From the NCBI GenBank assembly GCA_965153355.1, contig OZ231126.1, positions 8,370,001 to 8,434,000 on the forward strand: a DNA stretch of 64,000 bases, given 5' to 3'. Source of the stretch: Flaccisagitta enflata. Taxonomy: Eukaryota. The translations under genes were made by a program, and so were the position numbers. The notes beneath the pieces were generated by a model, which saw nothing but the letters and a program-made list of their open reading frames with translations, had not been told where the DNA came from and did no database searches. Below are positions 13,393-25,835 of the stretch, in pieces (position 1 is the first letter of the stretch; each line of letters begins with the position of its first letter).

Positions 13393-13958
13393 TTTGGAAA
13401 AAAGTCGAAGAATACCTTCGGCTTTTAGTCCTATGGCGGAAATCAATTTTCCCTTCTTCTCACGGGGCGTTTAGAGAAGTTGATCAATTTTGGGAGCTGA
13501 ATGGGACTACGCATAAAATTAATAGCTGAGAAAGAGCTAAATCTCTTTCAGATGACACCAAGCAGAATTTTGTGCGATTTATAGTTTCGGAGCTATGATT
13601 TTCTGAATCTTTTTATTTTTTCACATTTTTCGCATTTTTTCCCAAAATGAGGAATTAAGTAATTGAAGTTTATTTCAACTTCAAATTGTCCCAGATGGTG
13701 ATTGTGCATGCTGGTAGCAAAGTCTCTCACTCTTTTAGTCGTGGAATCTATAAGAGGCTTTGTCCATCTGTCAGTCTATCCGTTGGTCTGTTGGTCCATC
13801 TGTCTGTCTGTCCGTCCGTCCATCTGTCTCTCCATCGTTTGTCTGTCTGTCTGTCTGTGTCTGTCTCTCTCTCTCTCTTTCTTTCTCTCTCTCTCTCTCT
13901 CTCTCTCAGCATTTACGAATTTTTTTTCCTACGGCGATTAGCCGCCTTTATTGGTATA
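13393..13958 (+). mobile_element. Dispersed HINE-like repeat, copy 1 (copy 2 at about 43446-44200)
   Basis: Shared head aaaaaagtcgaagaataccttcggcttt and 3' hairpin ggcgattagccgcc. Confidence 0.7.
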
Positions 13959-14289
13959 GGGTACCCGCTCATGGATAACAGAGAAAGAAACAGAGAGAGA
14001 GAAACAGAGAAGGAGAGAAACAGAGGAGAGAAACAGCGAGGGAGAAAAACAGAGAGGGAGAGAAACAGAGAAGGAGAGAAACAGAGAAGGAGAGAAGGAG
14101 AGAAACAGAGAAGGAGAGAAACAGAGGAGAGAAACAGAGAGGGAGGGAAACAGAAAGGGAGGGAAACAGAAAGGGAGGGAAACAGAAAGGGAGGGAAACA
14201 GAAAGGGAGGGAAACAGAGGGCGAGTGAGAAAAAGACAGCCTCTCAAGCGGTAATGTTCCACTTATAATTGAAAGGCGGTGAGACCGAC

Positions 14290-14432
14290 CTGCCATGAGA
14301 GTCCCGAGAGTGCCAGCTGCCAGACCGCCGAACGCGTTGGCCACTCCAAAGGCTGAAGGCGTCTTGGAATTGCGCATCAGAGGTTTGTGATGACGATTAG
14401 CATCAGCACCATGCTGCCAAACCCAGCAGGGC
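14290..14432 (-). CDS. CPEB1: CPEB1/Orb-like exon 12 (end of ZZ finger, PCWVWQHG...HHKPLMRNSK)
   Basis: Conserved CWxWxH...HxPLMRN motif and cag acceptor. The donor G|gtcggt is inferred. Confidence 0.85.
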
Positions 14433-14972
14433 CTGATACGAAGTTAAAATTTAAGAGAACCGAGCCGGTGAAACCAGCAGAGCCTAATTTGGAACTTTCC
14501 TGCGCCTCGCACTATATGTAGCGCTCTGCATATTGAGCATTGGCGATTCTGACAGCATCAGTCAGAATGTCCCCGCTAGCCTTATCAAAGGAGGTCCTGT
14601 GTACAGCGGACGAAACCTCCGGCTAGTCCCACAGCTGATGACGCCAGCTCATTGCTAGACACTCAAGCATCATTTCTCACTATTCTACAGTATACACGTA
14701 ACACGTCCGCAGTCAGGGCGTGTTTCCTGTGACAACAAATGCGTTTTTTCCCGTTCATGGCGTTTTTCCGCTGACCCTCGAGGGAATGAGCAAAGTGAGT
14801 GAGCGAGCCTGTGAACAAAGCAAGCGACCGAAGCACCGCAGAGTGGTGCGAGCAAACGAACGTAGCAAGCGACGAATGGGCCCATTCAAAACGCGAGTGG
14901 CTTTCTTGAAACACGCCCTTTGTAGTAAATGTAATTATAGATTACTAAATACTGGTTCCGTGCAAAAAATAC

Positions 14973-15073
14973 CTGCAGTAGTATTTGAAGCATTGCAGCT
15001 CGCGGCAAAAGTAAGGCCCCGGTGCGCCAGAATTGCAAAGACAGCAAGGGGAGTCTTCGAGGTAAGGATCAAC
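14973..15073 (-). CDS. CPEB1: CPEB1/Orb-like exon 11 ([13 protein letters not shown]...CFKYYCR)
   Basis: CPEB ZZ-domain motif, AG/GT boundaries, phase 0/2. Confidence 0.93.
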
Positions 15074-15117
15074 CTGTTTGTTTATATGTTTTTCGAATAA
15101 TTTGGTTACAAAAACTG

Positions 15118-17364
15118 TACTACGCGAATAAAAAAAAAGCTTCAAAATTACAGTCCCCGACTGGGGACTGTAATTTTTGAAGCTTTCTCGTTGCGTAAAC
15201 GCAACTCGATGAAATACACAACAAGACAGCAATTTCAAGAAGAAAAAAAAAGAAAAAATTATTCAATATTGTTTTAATGATGACAAAACTTGAAAATGAT
15301 AACAATAGTGGATAATGATGATGACAACAATGAATGACAATGACAACAAAAATCTAAGAAAAAAAATATTCAAAAAAAGTTTTTTTTTAATTTTCAAAAA
15401 AAAAAAAAAAAAAAAATTTTCCAAAAAAAATTTTCAAAAAAAATCTTAAAAAATTTTCTTAAAAAATTTAGTAGTCGAAGATGATGACAGTAGTTGAAGA
15501 TGATGACAGTAGTTGAAGATGATGACAGTAGTTGAAGATGATGACAGTAGTTGAAGATGATGACAGTCGTTGAAGATGATGACAGTAGTTGAAGATGATG
15601 ACAGTCGTTGAAGATGATGACAGTCGTTGCAGATGATGACAGTCGTTGCAGATGATGACAGTCGTTGCAGATGATGACAGTCGTTGCAGATGATGACAGT
15701 CGTTGCAGATGATGACAGTCGTTGAAGATGATGACAGTCGTTGAAGATGATGACAGTCGTTGAAGATGATGACAGTCATGAAGATGATGACAGTCGTGAA
15801 GATGATGACAGTCGTTGAAGATGATGACAGTCGTTGAAGATGATGACAGTCGTTGAAGATGATGACAGTCGTTGAAGATGATGACAGTCGTTGAAGATGA
15901 TGACAGTCGTTGAAGATGATGACAGTCGTTGAAGATGATGACAGTCGTTGAAGATGATGACAGTCGTTGAAGATGATGACAGTCGTTGAAGATAATGACA
16001 GTCGTTGAAGATAATGACAGTCGTTGAAGATGATGACAGTCGTTGAAGATGATGACAGTAGTTGAAGGTGATGACAGTAGTTGAAGATGATGACAGTAGT
16101 TGAAGATGAATCTTGAAATCCATGATGGCAAACCTAAAGAAAAATCAGAATGTAATAAATGAGCAAGTAAAAGAATTCATCAACTCCAATCCTCTATATA
16201 AATCGCCTGAGTCCTAGTAACATTATATATATATATTATATATATATTGTTCCACTTTTCATTACTACATTAACAAGCTAATATCTTATAAACCAGACTT
16301 CAGATTTAATTCAAATTTTACAGGGGCAGTTCAATTAATATCCTTTACTTGTATACCAAATTGAAAAAGAATTCACATAATTTTGCTACCCTTTGCCTAT
16401 GTAAACTACCTAAGTCATAATAACATATTACTACATAAGCTAATATCTCATAAACCAGACTTCAGATTTAATTCGAATTTTGCTGGGGTTATTTACTTAC
16501 TACCCCCTACTTGTGTACCAAATCAGAAAAAAATTCACACACCTTTACTACCCTTTGCCTATGTAAATTGCCAAAGTCCTAGCAACATACTACTACATAA
16601 ATAAGCTAATATCTCATAAACCAGACTTCAGATTTAATTTGAATTTTGCAGGGGTTGTTTATTTAGTACCCTTTACTTGTATACCAAATTTTAAAAAAAT
16701 TCACATAGGTTTACCCTGAGGTCTACCCTCTACCTATGTAAATTGCCTAAGTCCAGTAAAATATTACTACAAAAATAATAGGCAAAGGGTAGTAAAAGTT
16801 AATGAAATTTTCTGAAAATTGGTACACAAGCTCCCATTGACATAAAAATAACACTGGTAAAATTTCATGAACTTTTGAAGTCTGGTTCAAAATATATGAG
16901 AAGGTTTTAAACACCAGACAAACAGACTACACGATCAGGTCCAACTCATAGTCACCGACGAAAACTTTTCGTCGGGGACAAAAAACCGCACTTTTAAATG
17001 ACATTCATCATATCAAATTTCAAAATAATTAAATAAAATCTTAAACCATTTTGAAGATCTCAAAGAGATCTTTCATTTGGCGCCAATCTGGTATTTCTAG
17101 CTTTATTCGTTTTAAAATGGCATAAAAAAGAGTGAAAACATTGCCATTTTCAGTTTTGCAATCCTTCGAAAAAAGAGTATTTTTGCAAAAAACAGGTTCA
17201 CTTTGGCAAGCTCTATCTCCTAAACGGTTTGGAGATACAGACCTGGGGTTGGTCTAGAATGAAGAAAAATTCAAAAATCTTTAAAATCAATTTAACAAAA
17301 AAATTTTTTGTGTCTATTCCACTTAGCTACAAAAGGGTGCGGCTTTTTTTTTATTCGCGTAGTA
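15118..17364. mobile_element. TA-flanked MITE (CTACGCGAAT termini) interrupted by a 1.85-kb HINE-like element
   Basis: tactacgcgaataaaaaa...ttttttattcgcgtagta. Related to the uninterrupted MITE at 23143-23556. Confidence 0.7.
15130..16986 (-). mobile_element. HINE/Helentron-like element with internal about 120-bp and 18-bp tandem repeats, copy 1
   Basis: Subterminal inverted repeat GTCCCCGAC, terminal hairpin, insertion in an A/T run. Inverted copy at 56166-57820. Confidence 0.8.
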
Positions 17365-19181
17365 GGGCAACGTTAAGCTTTATGAGCGTGCCATGGATAA
17401 ATTCCAACAACCTATTCAGGCTTTAAAGCAGTGATTCAAAACTAAGCCTTCAATAGATGCATATAGGGCGAATTGGAAGACAACAATACACATCACACAA
17501 AATTTTTGCCGGCTTGGAGAAAGTCGGTTTAAATGAATCATTTATCCGCGAGCATCATTTTACTGCAAAGAACCTGATCGGAATTTCTATTTTTTCGTTT
17601 TTTTATTCAAAACTTTATTCCTATCACGAGTTGCAAGGGAAGAACACTTGTAAGTTGAGGAGGAAAGCGTTAACTACAAACGGACACCGCGTGAACCAGG
17701 TGAGATGAATACTGTCCGATTCCAAGAGTTCAGCGAATGAAATTCAAAATGAATAAAATAGATATTAACTTAAAAAAGATATAATTCGATGGTTATTTTA
17801 GATAAAAATGACAAAGATGAAGGAGAAGAACGACGACGATGAGGGAGAACAACGACGGTGATGAAGGAGAACAACGCTGATGGAGAAGGAGAAGAACGAC
17901 GACGATGAAGGAGACGAACGATGGCAATGAAAGGAGAGAGTGACAACAATGAAGGAGAAGAAAAACGAAGATGAAGGAGAAGACCGGCGATGATGATTGG
18001 GAGTAAACGATAACGATGAACGGGGAATACATGACAACCATAAAAGAACGACAACAATGAAGGGGAAAAACAATGACAATGAAGGAAAAGAATAATGAAA
18101 ATGAAAGAGAGGAACAACGACGACGATGGGGAGGAGCACAGGAAAAGAACTGGGATGATGAAGTATAACAATGGAGAAAAACACAGCATGCAGCAACAAC
18201 AATGATCATCGACAAAAAAAAAAAGATCAAATGAAATTTTGTATTTGCCTGTTTTTGGTCAATTTTGTTTCTTTTAAATAACTGTTACATTTTTGTTGCA
18301 TACATTGATCTTAAAGTTAAGAAACTTGATTTTATGAATTTTATCTTAGCATATCCTTCATCATTGTTCGATCATTGCTCCAAACTGAGGCCGGGACTAG
18401 GTTGGTGAGGCTGGGATAGGTCGGTGAGGCCAGGTTTAGGAAAGTGAGGTTGGTGATGCCAAGATTAGGTTGGCGAGGCTAGAATGGGTCGCTGAGGTTT
18501 GGAATAGGTTGGTGAGACCGGTATTAGGTTGGTGAGGTCAAGACAGGTTGCTGGGGCCAGGGTTATTGGGTGCTTCACAAAACAAAAGTTGGGAATGTCC
18601 TTTCACCCAAGTTATATAATATAAAAGAAAAGTAAAATTATTAACTTATGCTATGTGAAGCACGCATGACCACAAAGCAATGCATGATGTGCGGCCGAGG
18701 CGTTCATATTTTGAAAATCTTCACAATTTTCTCCCATCAAGTTTCCCATACGCAAATTTTTTAAGTCGCGTGTACGCGACTCTACAACCCGCTTTGTCCG
18801 TCCGTCGGTCGGTCACACTATACTTTTTTTATGATTTTAAATCTTTGACCTCACTGCTCTTGCCCACATGGTTTGGTGACGTCACATATGGCCCCTGCCC
18901 ACCCGCACGCAACTTCGGTAACCGTGTATCCGGCCTTGTTTTATCACATCCTAACAATCAAAATGAAAACAAAACAAACAAAGCCGTATACACGGCAAGA
19001 CAGTCGCGGACGGTTGGGAAGGGGCCGTAATTCAAAAACTGCTCGTAATTCAAAAAAGTTTGGGACAGATAGATGGATGGACGGACGGACGGACCGACAC
19101 GGCAAGGTGTAGAGTTGCATGTCCGCGACTAAAAATGATACAGAAAATTAGGGAGACAGACTTTTTTAATTCACAGGTTTC

Positions 19182-19244
<63 letters not shown>

Positions 19245-20672
19245 GGCGCAGAATTTGTTTTTTTTTCTATTTTCCTCCTTTTCAGTCACGGACACGCGAC
19301 TCTACACCTCCCCGTGTCGGTCTGTTGGTACGCCACATTTCTGAATTGCGAGCGGTTTATTCATTACTGCCCCTGCCCGACCGTCCGCAACTGACCTGCC
19401 GTGTATCCAGCCTTGTTAGTTGCGGACTCGCAACTCTTTAGGAGGCTTTGTTCATCCATCAGTCCGTCAGTCTGTTGGTCCACCGATCTGTCGGTCTGTT
19501 GTTCCATCGGTCTGGCGGTCCATCAGTCAGTTGGTTCATTGGTAAATTGGTCCGTTGGTTCATCACGCTCGAGCTGAAACCGCGGAATACGCGCATCTGA
19601 TGCTGCATTTGCTATTCTTTGTATGTATGTGTGTGTGAGCGTGTAGGAGGGGGCTTGGGGCAGGGGTCAGGCTGGAGGTTGAATGCCCCTGCACCCTGTC
19701 CGCAACGATATTGTGACCCGGCGTCACTTGTTTTTTCTTTTCTTTCTTCCCTCTCGTCCTTTTCTTTTTTAGGTGCGGACACGCAACTCTAAAAGAGGCT
19801 TTGTCCGTCCATCCGTCGGTCCATCTGTCCGTCGGTTCGCCCGTCCGTCCGTAATGATTGAGTCAAAACGTGGGAAAGAGCGCATTTCCGCCCCTGCCCA
19901 CCCGTCCGCAACTGGTGGCCGTGTATCCGGCCTTGTTCTCCTTTCCCTTTCTTTCTTTCCGAAAAGCATCCCCTCCTTCGGCGCGGCGCGTTTCGCGTGT
20001 TTCGCGCCTACAAAATATTAACGCCATGACACATCACACAGCCTTATTGCGTCACTCCCGGTCATGATGTGTCATGCTTCAAATGCGGCCTCAACATGTT
20101 GCTTGCAGATGTATCGTATTTAGAGCCTGTTTCTACTCGTGGGACAATCATGTTTTGAGAGGGCCACTCAGTCGCTCTCTACGTTCGTTTGCTTGAACCG
20201 CTCACTCTGCTCTTTCGCTACACTCGGTCGCTCCGTTCACGGGCTCGCTCTTTTCGCTTACTCCCTCGTGGGATGATTGAAATTCATGAATCTGTGTTCA
20301 TGCTGTAATCGGATTAACATTAATGGGATTGAACGCAATAATTGTCATCACTAGAAACACGCCCTTAGCGCGGCTGTGTTATGTTACACGTGGCCAAAAC
20401 GCATCACGAATGGCCATAATGCGTTGCGTGTTGCCGTCATACAACATGTGACGTGGGTCCACAATATTGTGGCAGACAGCTGGGCAGGGGCATACTCCTC
20501 CCAAACCCAAGCTCCGGGTCCGTTTCTGATCGAGAGAATTACATTTTTAGCACATTACTCGGTCGTTTGCATCGCTCATTCGCTCCACAGCGCTCCGCTT
20601 TGCTACGCTTGCTCCGCTTGCTCCGCTCGCTCCGTTCATGAACAGACCGGCAGACAGATGACGGATAAACAG

Positions 20673-20999
20673 TAGGGCGGCTACCTGGAGGGTCAAATGT
20701 GGTCATATTTCAGAACGCCTCAGCCAACTAACCATACTCTCTACGTCATATTTAAAAAGGAATTGAGGCCAGCGGAGATTGGTATCTGGAAAGAAAACCC
20801 GCACGGCAACACCATAGAGTTACAATGGGCATAAAATTGCTTTCATATACTTTACCATTGTGTTGCCGTGAGGGTTTCTTGATCAAATACCGACCTCTGC
20901 TTGTCTGATTTACTGCCACAATGCCGCTTAAAATGTATGGTTAGATGGCGGAGGAATTTTAAATTTTGAGCCAAATTCACCCTTCAGGTAACCAGCCTA
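20673..20999. mobile_element. hAT-type MITE
   Basis: Imperfect TIRs TAGG...CCTA with 8-bp duplication ATAAACAG at 20665-20672 and 21000-21007. Confidence 0.8.
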
Positions 21000-21799
21000 A
21001 TAAACAGAGCCTCTTATTTAGTTGTTTGTTCGCAACTTAAAACGTTTTAATTTTTGATATGTGAGAAAAATGTTCTATGCAATTGCAGTGAAAGTAATTA
21101 CGTGATTGTTGTACAACTTACTCAGGATATGTCAAGGGATGGATGATCATTCATGCAAAATTTCAGACATTTTCATCGAACTACTTGCTTAAAATTTCAG
21201 ACATTTTCATCGAACTACTTGCTTAAAATTTTCAGGCAGGTAGGCTGGTTGGTGTGGGTTTACTTCTAAAAAATTCCTGAAACTTAATACAGTAATAGAC
21301 AAGGTCATGTGACATTACCGTACAAAAAATCAAGCCAATCCGTTGATTCGTCTCTGAGTTACGGCGTTTCAAAAATTAGATTAAAAAGTCACAATGATTT
21401 CAATTCATGATTCGATTTGTGCGTAGGAGCATTTGCTCGATTCATTAATAATTGCTCAGCATTCGTTTCTGCTCTAAATCAGAATGGCATCATGGCCTAT
21501 TGGTTAAGTTGCCGAACTTAAGACTTAGCAGTCGCGAGTTCGCGCCTGGAAGATTGATCCTTTTTAAATTCTGACATTTCAGGGAAGGTGGAAGAGAAGG
21601 GATGAGGGGAGACCACGTGACAGGAAGTGAGTGGCAGCGAGGGTGCGCAAACATCCAAGAGCAGTAAAGGAATTATAATTAAAAGCATATTTGTCTGGAA
21701 GAATTTCAATTAAATTCTGAGCCCGGCATTAGAAATTTACAATGTGGGCCGATTAAGTTGTAAATGGCCTATTAATACATGACCTGATGAATTGATCAC

Positions 21800-21933
21800 C
21801 TGAATTTTCTTGGTAAACTTGGCGGTTTTGACCTCGATAAAAGCTGCGTTGACTGCGCGCATGAACGACTTGTGATTGTTGAAAGTTACGCGTCCAGAGC
21901 CAATCGGGTATTTGTACTTGTCCGTGTCAACCC
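21800..21933 (-). CDS. CPEB1: CPEB1/Orb-like exon 10 (RRM2, [18 protein letters not shown]...KFTKKIQ)
   Basis: CPEB1-class RRM2 signature, AG/GT boundaries, phase 1/0. Confidence 0.95.
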
Positions 21934-22129
21934 CTAAGTACAAACAGACAACGGAAATGAATAAGGGAAGACGTCTAAGAGTAAGACAGTGCTAAGGGCC
22001 TCATACTGACTGTCAAATTGACAAGTGACCAACAGACCGTCCAAAACAATTAACACAATCAAATTAAACATGTGACCGACAAACCGACCAATTACAATTC
22101 AAACATGACCAAATTGACACGTGAGTGAC

Positions 22130-22289
22130 CTGCGTAGACGACTCCGCCGAAGAGATCGTTGAAGATGGTGGCCAGAGCTTCCGAGTTAAGCATTCCGTGC
22201 AAAGCCCCGACAAAAACTGTCTTCTGAGGATCCAAACGCTGAGAAGGACAACGGATGAAGTTGGAATCCGTCAAAACCCACGGAATCAC
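22130..22289 (-). CDS. CPEB1: CPEB1/Orb-like exon 9 ([11 protein letters not shown]...TVFVGALHG...GGVVYA)
   Basis: CPEB1 linker and RRM2 start, phase 0/1. Confidence 0.95.
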
Positions 22290-24150
22290 CTAACAAATCG
22301 AATTGAATAGAATATTAGAATGGAATTACCTGACAAATAGAATCGGATAGAATGGAATCACCTGACAAATGGAGCACAATAGCCTGTCAAATAGAATCAC
22401 CTGACAAACGGAAAGGAACAGAATGGAATCGCCTGACAAACAGAATGGAATAGAATGAAATCACCCGACACCCAACAAATGGAATGGATTTATACAGAAT
22501 AACCGGTCAAATGGAATGGAATAGAACAAAATCACCCGACAAATGGAATAGAATGAAATCACCCGACAAATGGAATAGAATAGAATGAAATCACCCGACA
22601 AATGGAATAGAGATCATCTGACAAATGGAATGGAATAGGTTCAAATGTAATTGCCAAATGGAATAGGTTAGAATGGAATTACCTGACAAATGGATAAAAA
22701 TCACCCGACACATGGAATCACCTGACAAATGAAATGGAATAGAATGGAATCACCTGATCACCTGAATCATCTGAAAAATGGAAAATGATAGAATGCAATC
22801 AGCTGAGAATGGAACAGGATAGGTCGCACTGAAAATTAGCATAGATCTTGCTACCCATGCCCAATGAATCAGGATTTCTATAAAATGGAATTAGCTGAAA
22901 TTTTTGTCTTGGGTGTTTTCAATAAAGTTGTGAATCGATACATTTTGCATGGATAAACTTTCACATGCCAGTTTTGACCTCTAAACTTCTCATTTTATGG
23001 TTGAAAAATAGGCGAAAAACATAGAAAAATTCAATCTCTTATTCTACCATAACCTACACAGAATTACAAATTTGCATAAAAAATCTAAACATCAACAAAA
23101 TAAGAACATGGCGCGATCCCTAAATCATGTACTGAGCGCGCTACCACGCGTATCAAAAAAAAGACGCACCCTTTTATTTATGAATAAAACAGATAAAAGA
23201 AATAATTTTAACTATTTTCAGTTAAGTCATTTTTAAAGATTTTCAAAAAATCTTTCATTCTAGACCAATCCCAGGTCTGTATCTCAAACGGTTTAGGAGC
23301 TAGAGCTCTGCAAAGAGAAGCACTATTTTGCTAAAATGCACATTTTACATAGGGATTGCGAAACTGAAACAGGCAACATTTTTACTCAAACTAATGCCAT
23401 TTCTAAACAAAAAAAAGATAGAAATACCAGATTGGCGCCAAATGAAAGTACTTTCAAAGAGCTTTAAAATGGTCTAAGATTTTAATTAGTTTCTCTGAAT
23501 CCTTATAGCTAAATGAGTCATTTAAAAGTGCGTCTTTTTTTTTTATACGCGTGGTATGTTCTTAGTTTGTTGATATTTTGATTTTCTATGCAAATTTGTA
23601 ATTCTGTCTAAGCATAAATGAGATGATTGTAAATGATTTACTCACTTTTTTGGCTCTTTATCATCGAATTTCTCTCAATCATTTTGCATTTATTTCATTT
23701 GGTGACTACAAAATGGAGATTCTTCATAACATGACATTTCATGGTTGTAAAAAAATAATAGATATATTGACTGAAGCAGAATCAGTGATGGAAATGTTAA
23801 CCATGTCCTCTGGGTAAGTTCTTCCGGTTTAATTTTCAGTGCGTCATAGAATGGAATAGGATAGAATGGAATTACCTGACAAAAGGAATATGACAGAATA
23901 GCATCACCTGACATATGGAATTGAATACAAAGGAATCACCTGACAAATAGAATAAGATAGAATGGCATCACCCGACAAATGGAATTGAATAGAATGGAGT
24001 TACCGGGAAAATGAATAGGATAGATTTGAGTAACCTGACAAATAAAATAGGATAGGATGGAATGGCCTGACAAATGGAATGGAATCACCTTTTGAATGAT
24101 ATGTTATCTGACGAATCATCTCAGAAACGGAATGGAGAAGAATGGAATAG
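22282..24150. repeat. About 27-32-bp minisatellite (GGAATCACCTGACAAATGGAATAGAAT) split by nested MITEs
   Basis: More than 20 units at 22282-22810 and 23845-24150. Confidence 0.9.
22827..23843. mobile_element. Fold-back element containing a nested TA-flanked MITE (23143-23556)
   Basis: Outer gcactgaaaatta...taattttcagtgc, inner taccacgcgtat...atacgcgtggta. Confidence 0.65.
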
Positions 24151-24350
24151 ATTCTTTCATCCACTTATAGTTAACCTTACAAGGGGCGAGTGTTGGCAAT
24201 AAATGTATATCTATATAAAGAAGAAGTGAAGTGAATTAATTATCAACAACAAATAGATCACTTTGTTCATGAAAAGAGCTGGCTACATATCAAAACATAT
24301 CACCAACGACGTGAGAATGAACAGCAATCCAAAGCTCCCGAGGTACATAC

Positions 24351-24497
24351 CTGGACTTCTTTGCATCGCATGCGTCTCGACGACATTTTGTAGTAATACT
24401 CGCCACCATTGGAGTAGTCGTGAGTGCACTGTTTCAGCAGCTCTTTCACTGACTTGTCGCAATCGAATAAAATGTAGACGTAACCTTTTGGTCCACC
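24351..24497 (-). CDS. CPEB1: CPEB1/Orb-like exon 8 ([11 protein letters not shown]...[13 protein letters not shown])
   Basis: RRM1 RNP1 and the CPEB1-type [13 protein letters not shown] motif, phase 0/0. Confidence 0.95.
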
Positions 24498-24813
24498 CTG
24501 CAATTTGATGGATGGATGGATGGATGAAAGTAAGGATGACTGGATGAAAGGACATACCCTTATGCAGAGGTAATAAGAATTCACCATCCTTTCTCTCTCA
24601 AACAGTAGCAGTAAACGAAACCCTATTCTTTTTAAACTGTCAATTGTCAAGATTAGCATACTGCTCTTTTGTTTAAGATGTTACGCACGATGTTCCTTTG
24701 TTAAAATGATAAAAACGACGAAAGACAAAAGATTAAATCATTATCGTCGAAACCGATAATCGACATACAACTCAAATCTTTGAGTATTTCCCCTCGAAAA
24801 AAAAACTTAAAAC

Positions 24814-25120
24814 CTTTGGCGGATATTTCGGGTGTTTGCCGTCTTTCCCCGGCCACTCGATCCTCAGATTGCCGTAACACTTGAACGTGTTAAGCAGCCC
24901 GATTTCGGTGATGTCCCAAGGCACTCCGCCGATGAAAACTTTGCAACTGTAGATGGGGTTCCGATATATCCTCGGAGGCAGGACGCCGCTCCAAGTGCAG
25001 GTGGCCTCGCAAATGGTGGCCGCGTTGCGATACAGACGCGCCGCTCTTTCGATGGAAAACGGATCGTCAGGGGAAGTCCCAAACAGCTCGTGAGGACTTG
25101 ACGGCCAGTCCAACAGTCCA
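24814..25120 (-). CDS. CPEB1: CPEB1/Orb-like exon 7 ([11 protein letters not shown]...[16 protein letters not shown]...[13 protein letters not shown])
   Basis: CPEB1-class pre-RRM and RRM1 motifs, phase 2/0. Confidence 0.95.
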
Positions 25121-25154
25121 CTGTTGGAACACAAACGGAAAGAGAAACGCGATA

Positions 25155-25720
25155 TGTAGATGTCTACAATTGGAAATACGGGGGAATTCATTACAGGAAG
25201 ATAAACATACTTAAAAGACTAATATTTGGAAAATAGACAAAGAAAAGGATGCTTTATTGCCCATGAGTGTTGGTTCCCATTGAATCACTTTTCTATGCAT
25301 TCACGAAAAAATATCAATATTTTGAGAAATGTTTCGAGGGAACATTGTTTAGATAAAATTTGCTACAACTTTCCCCACAATATGTTCTGTAAGAATATTG
25401 CTTGTTTAGCCGTTGCTAGGGAACGTAACTATGTGTGACAGCCCTGTTATGCTCCCTAGCAGCCGCCAAACAAGCGATATTTTTACAAAACATTGTGGGA
25501 AAGTTGTAGCAAATTTTATTTTGAAAAATGTTCCCTCATAAAATTTCTCAAAATATTGATACTTCTGCGTGAAAACATGGAAATGTGTTTCCGCGCCAAC
25601 CACCACCCATGGGCAATAAAACATCATTTCATTAGTTTATATTTCAAATATCAGTCTCTTAAGTTTATTTGTCTTCCTGTAATGAATTCTCCCGTATTTC
25701 CAAGTCTAGACGACATCTAC
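25155..25720. mobile_element. Fold-back MITE
   Basis: gtagatgtc...ggaaatacggg-gaattcattacaggaag paired with cttcctgtaatgaattc-cccgtatttcc...gacatctac. Confidence 0.75.
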
Positions 25721-25835
25721 TGTACTTAACTAGCAACTGCCACTCAACAGGCCACTGAACAAGCCACTTAATCAATTCAACACGCCACTCAACAAGAAAC
25801 GACGAAACACAGAGCGGGTAATGAAAGCAACTTAC

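Noticed and set aside
15394-16131. Cys/His repeat ORFs (DCHHLQRLSSSSTTVIIFN), also at 56923-57504
   Set aside because: Reading frames of an 18-bp repeat inside a mobile element.
17770-18230. Hydrophobic ORFs
   Set aside because: Degenerate GAA/GAC low-complexity sequence with no splice support.
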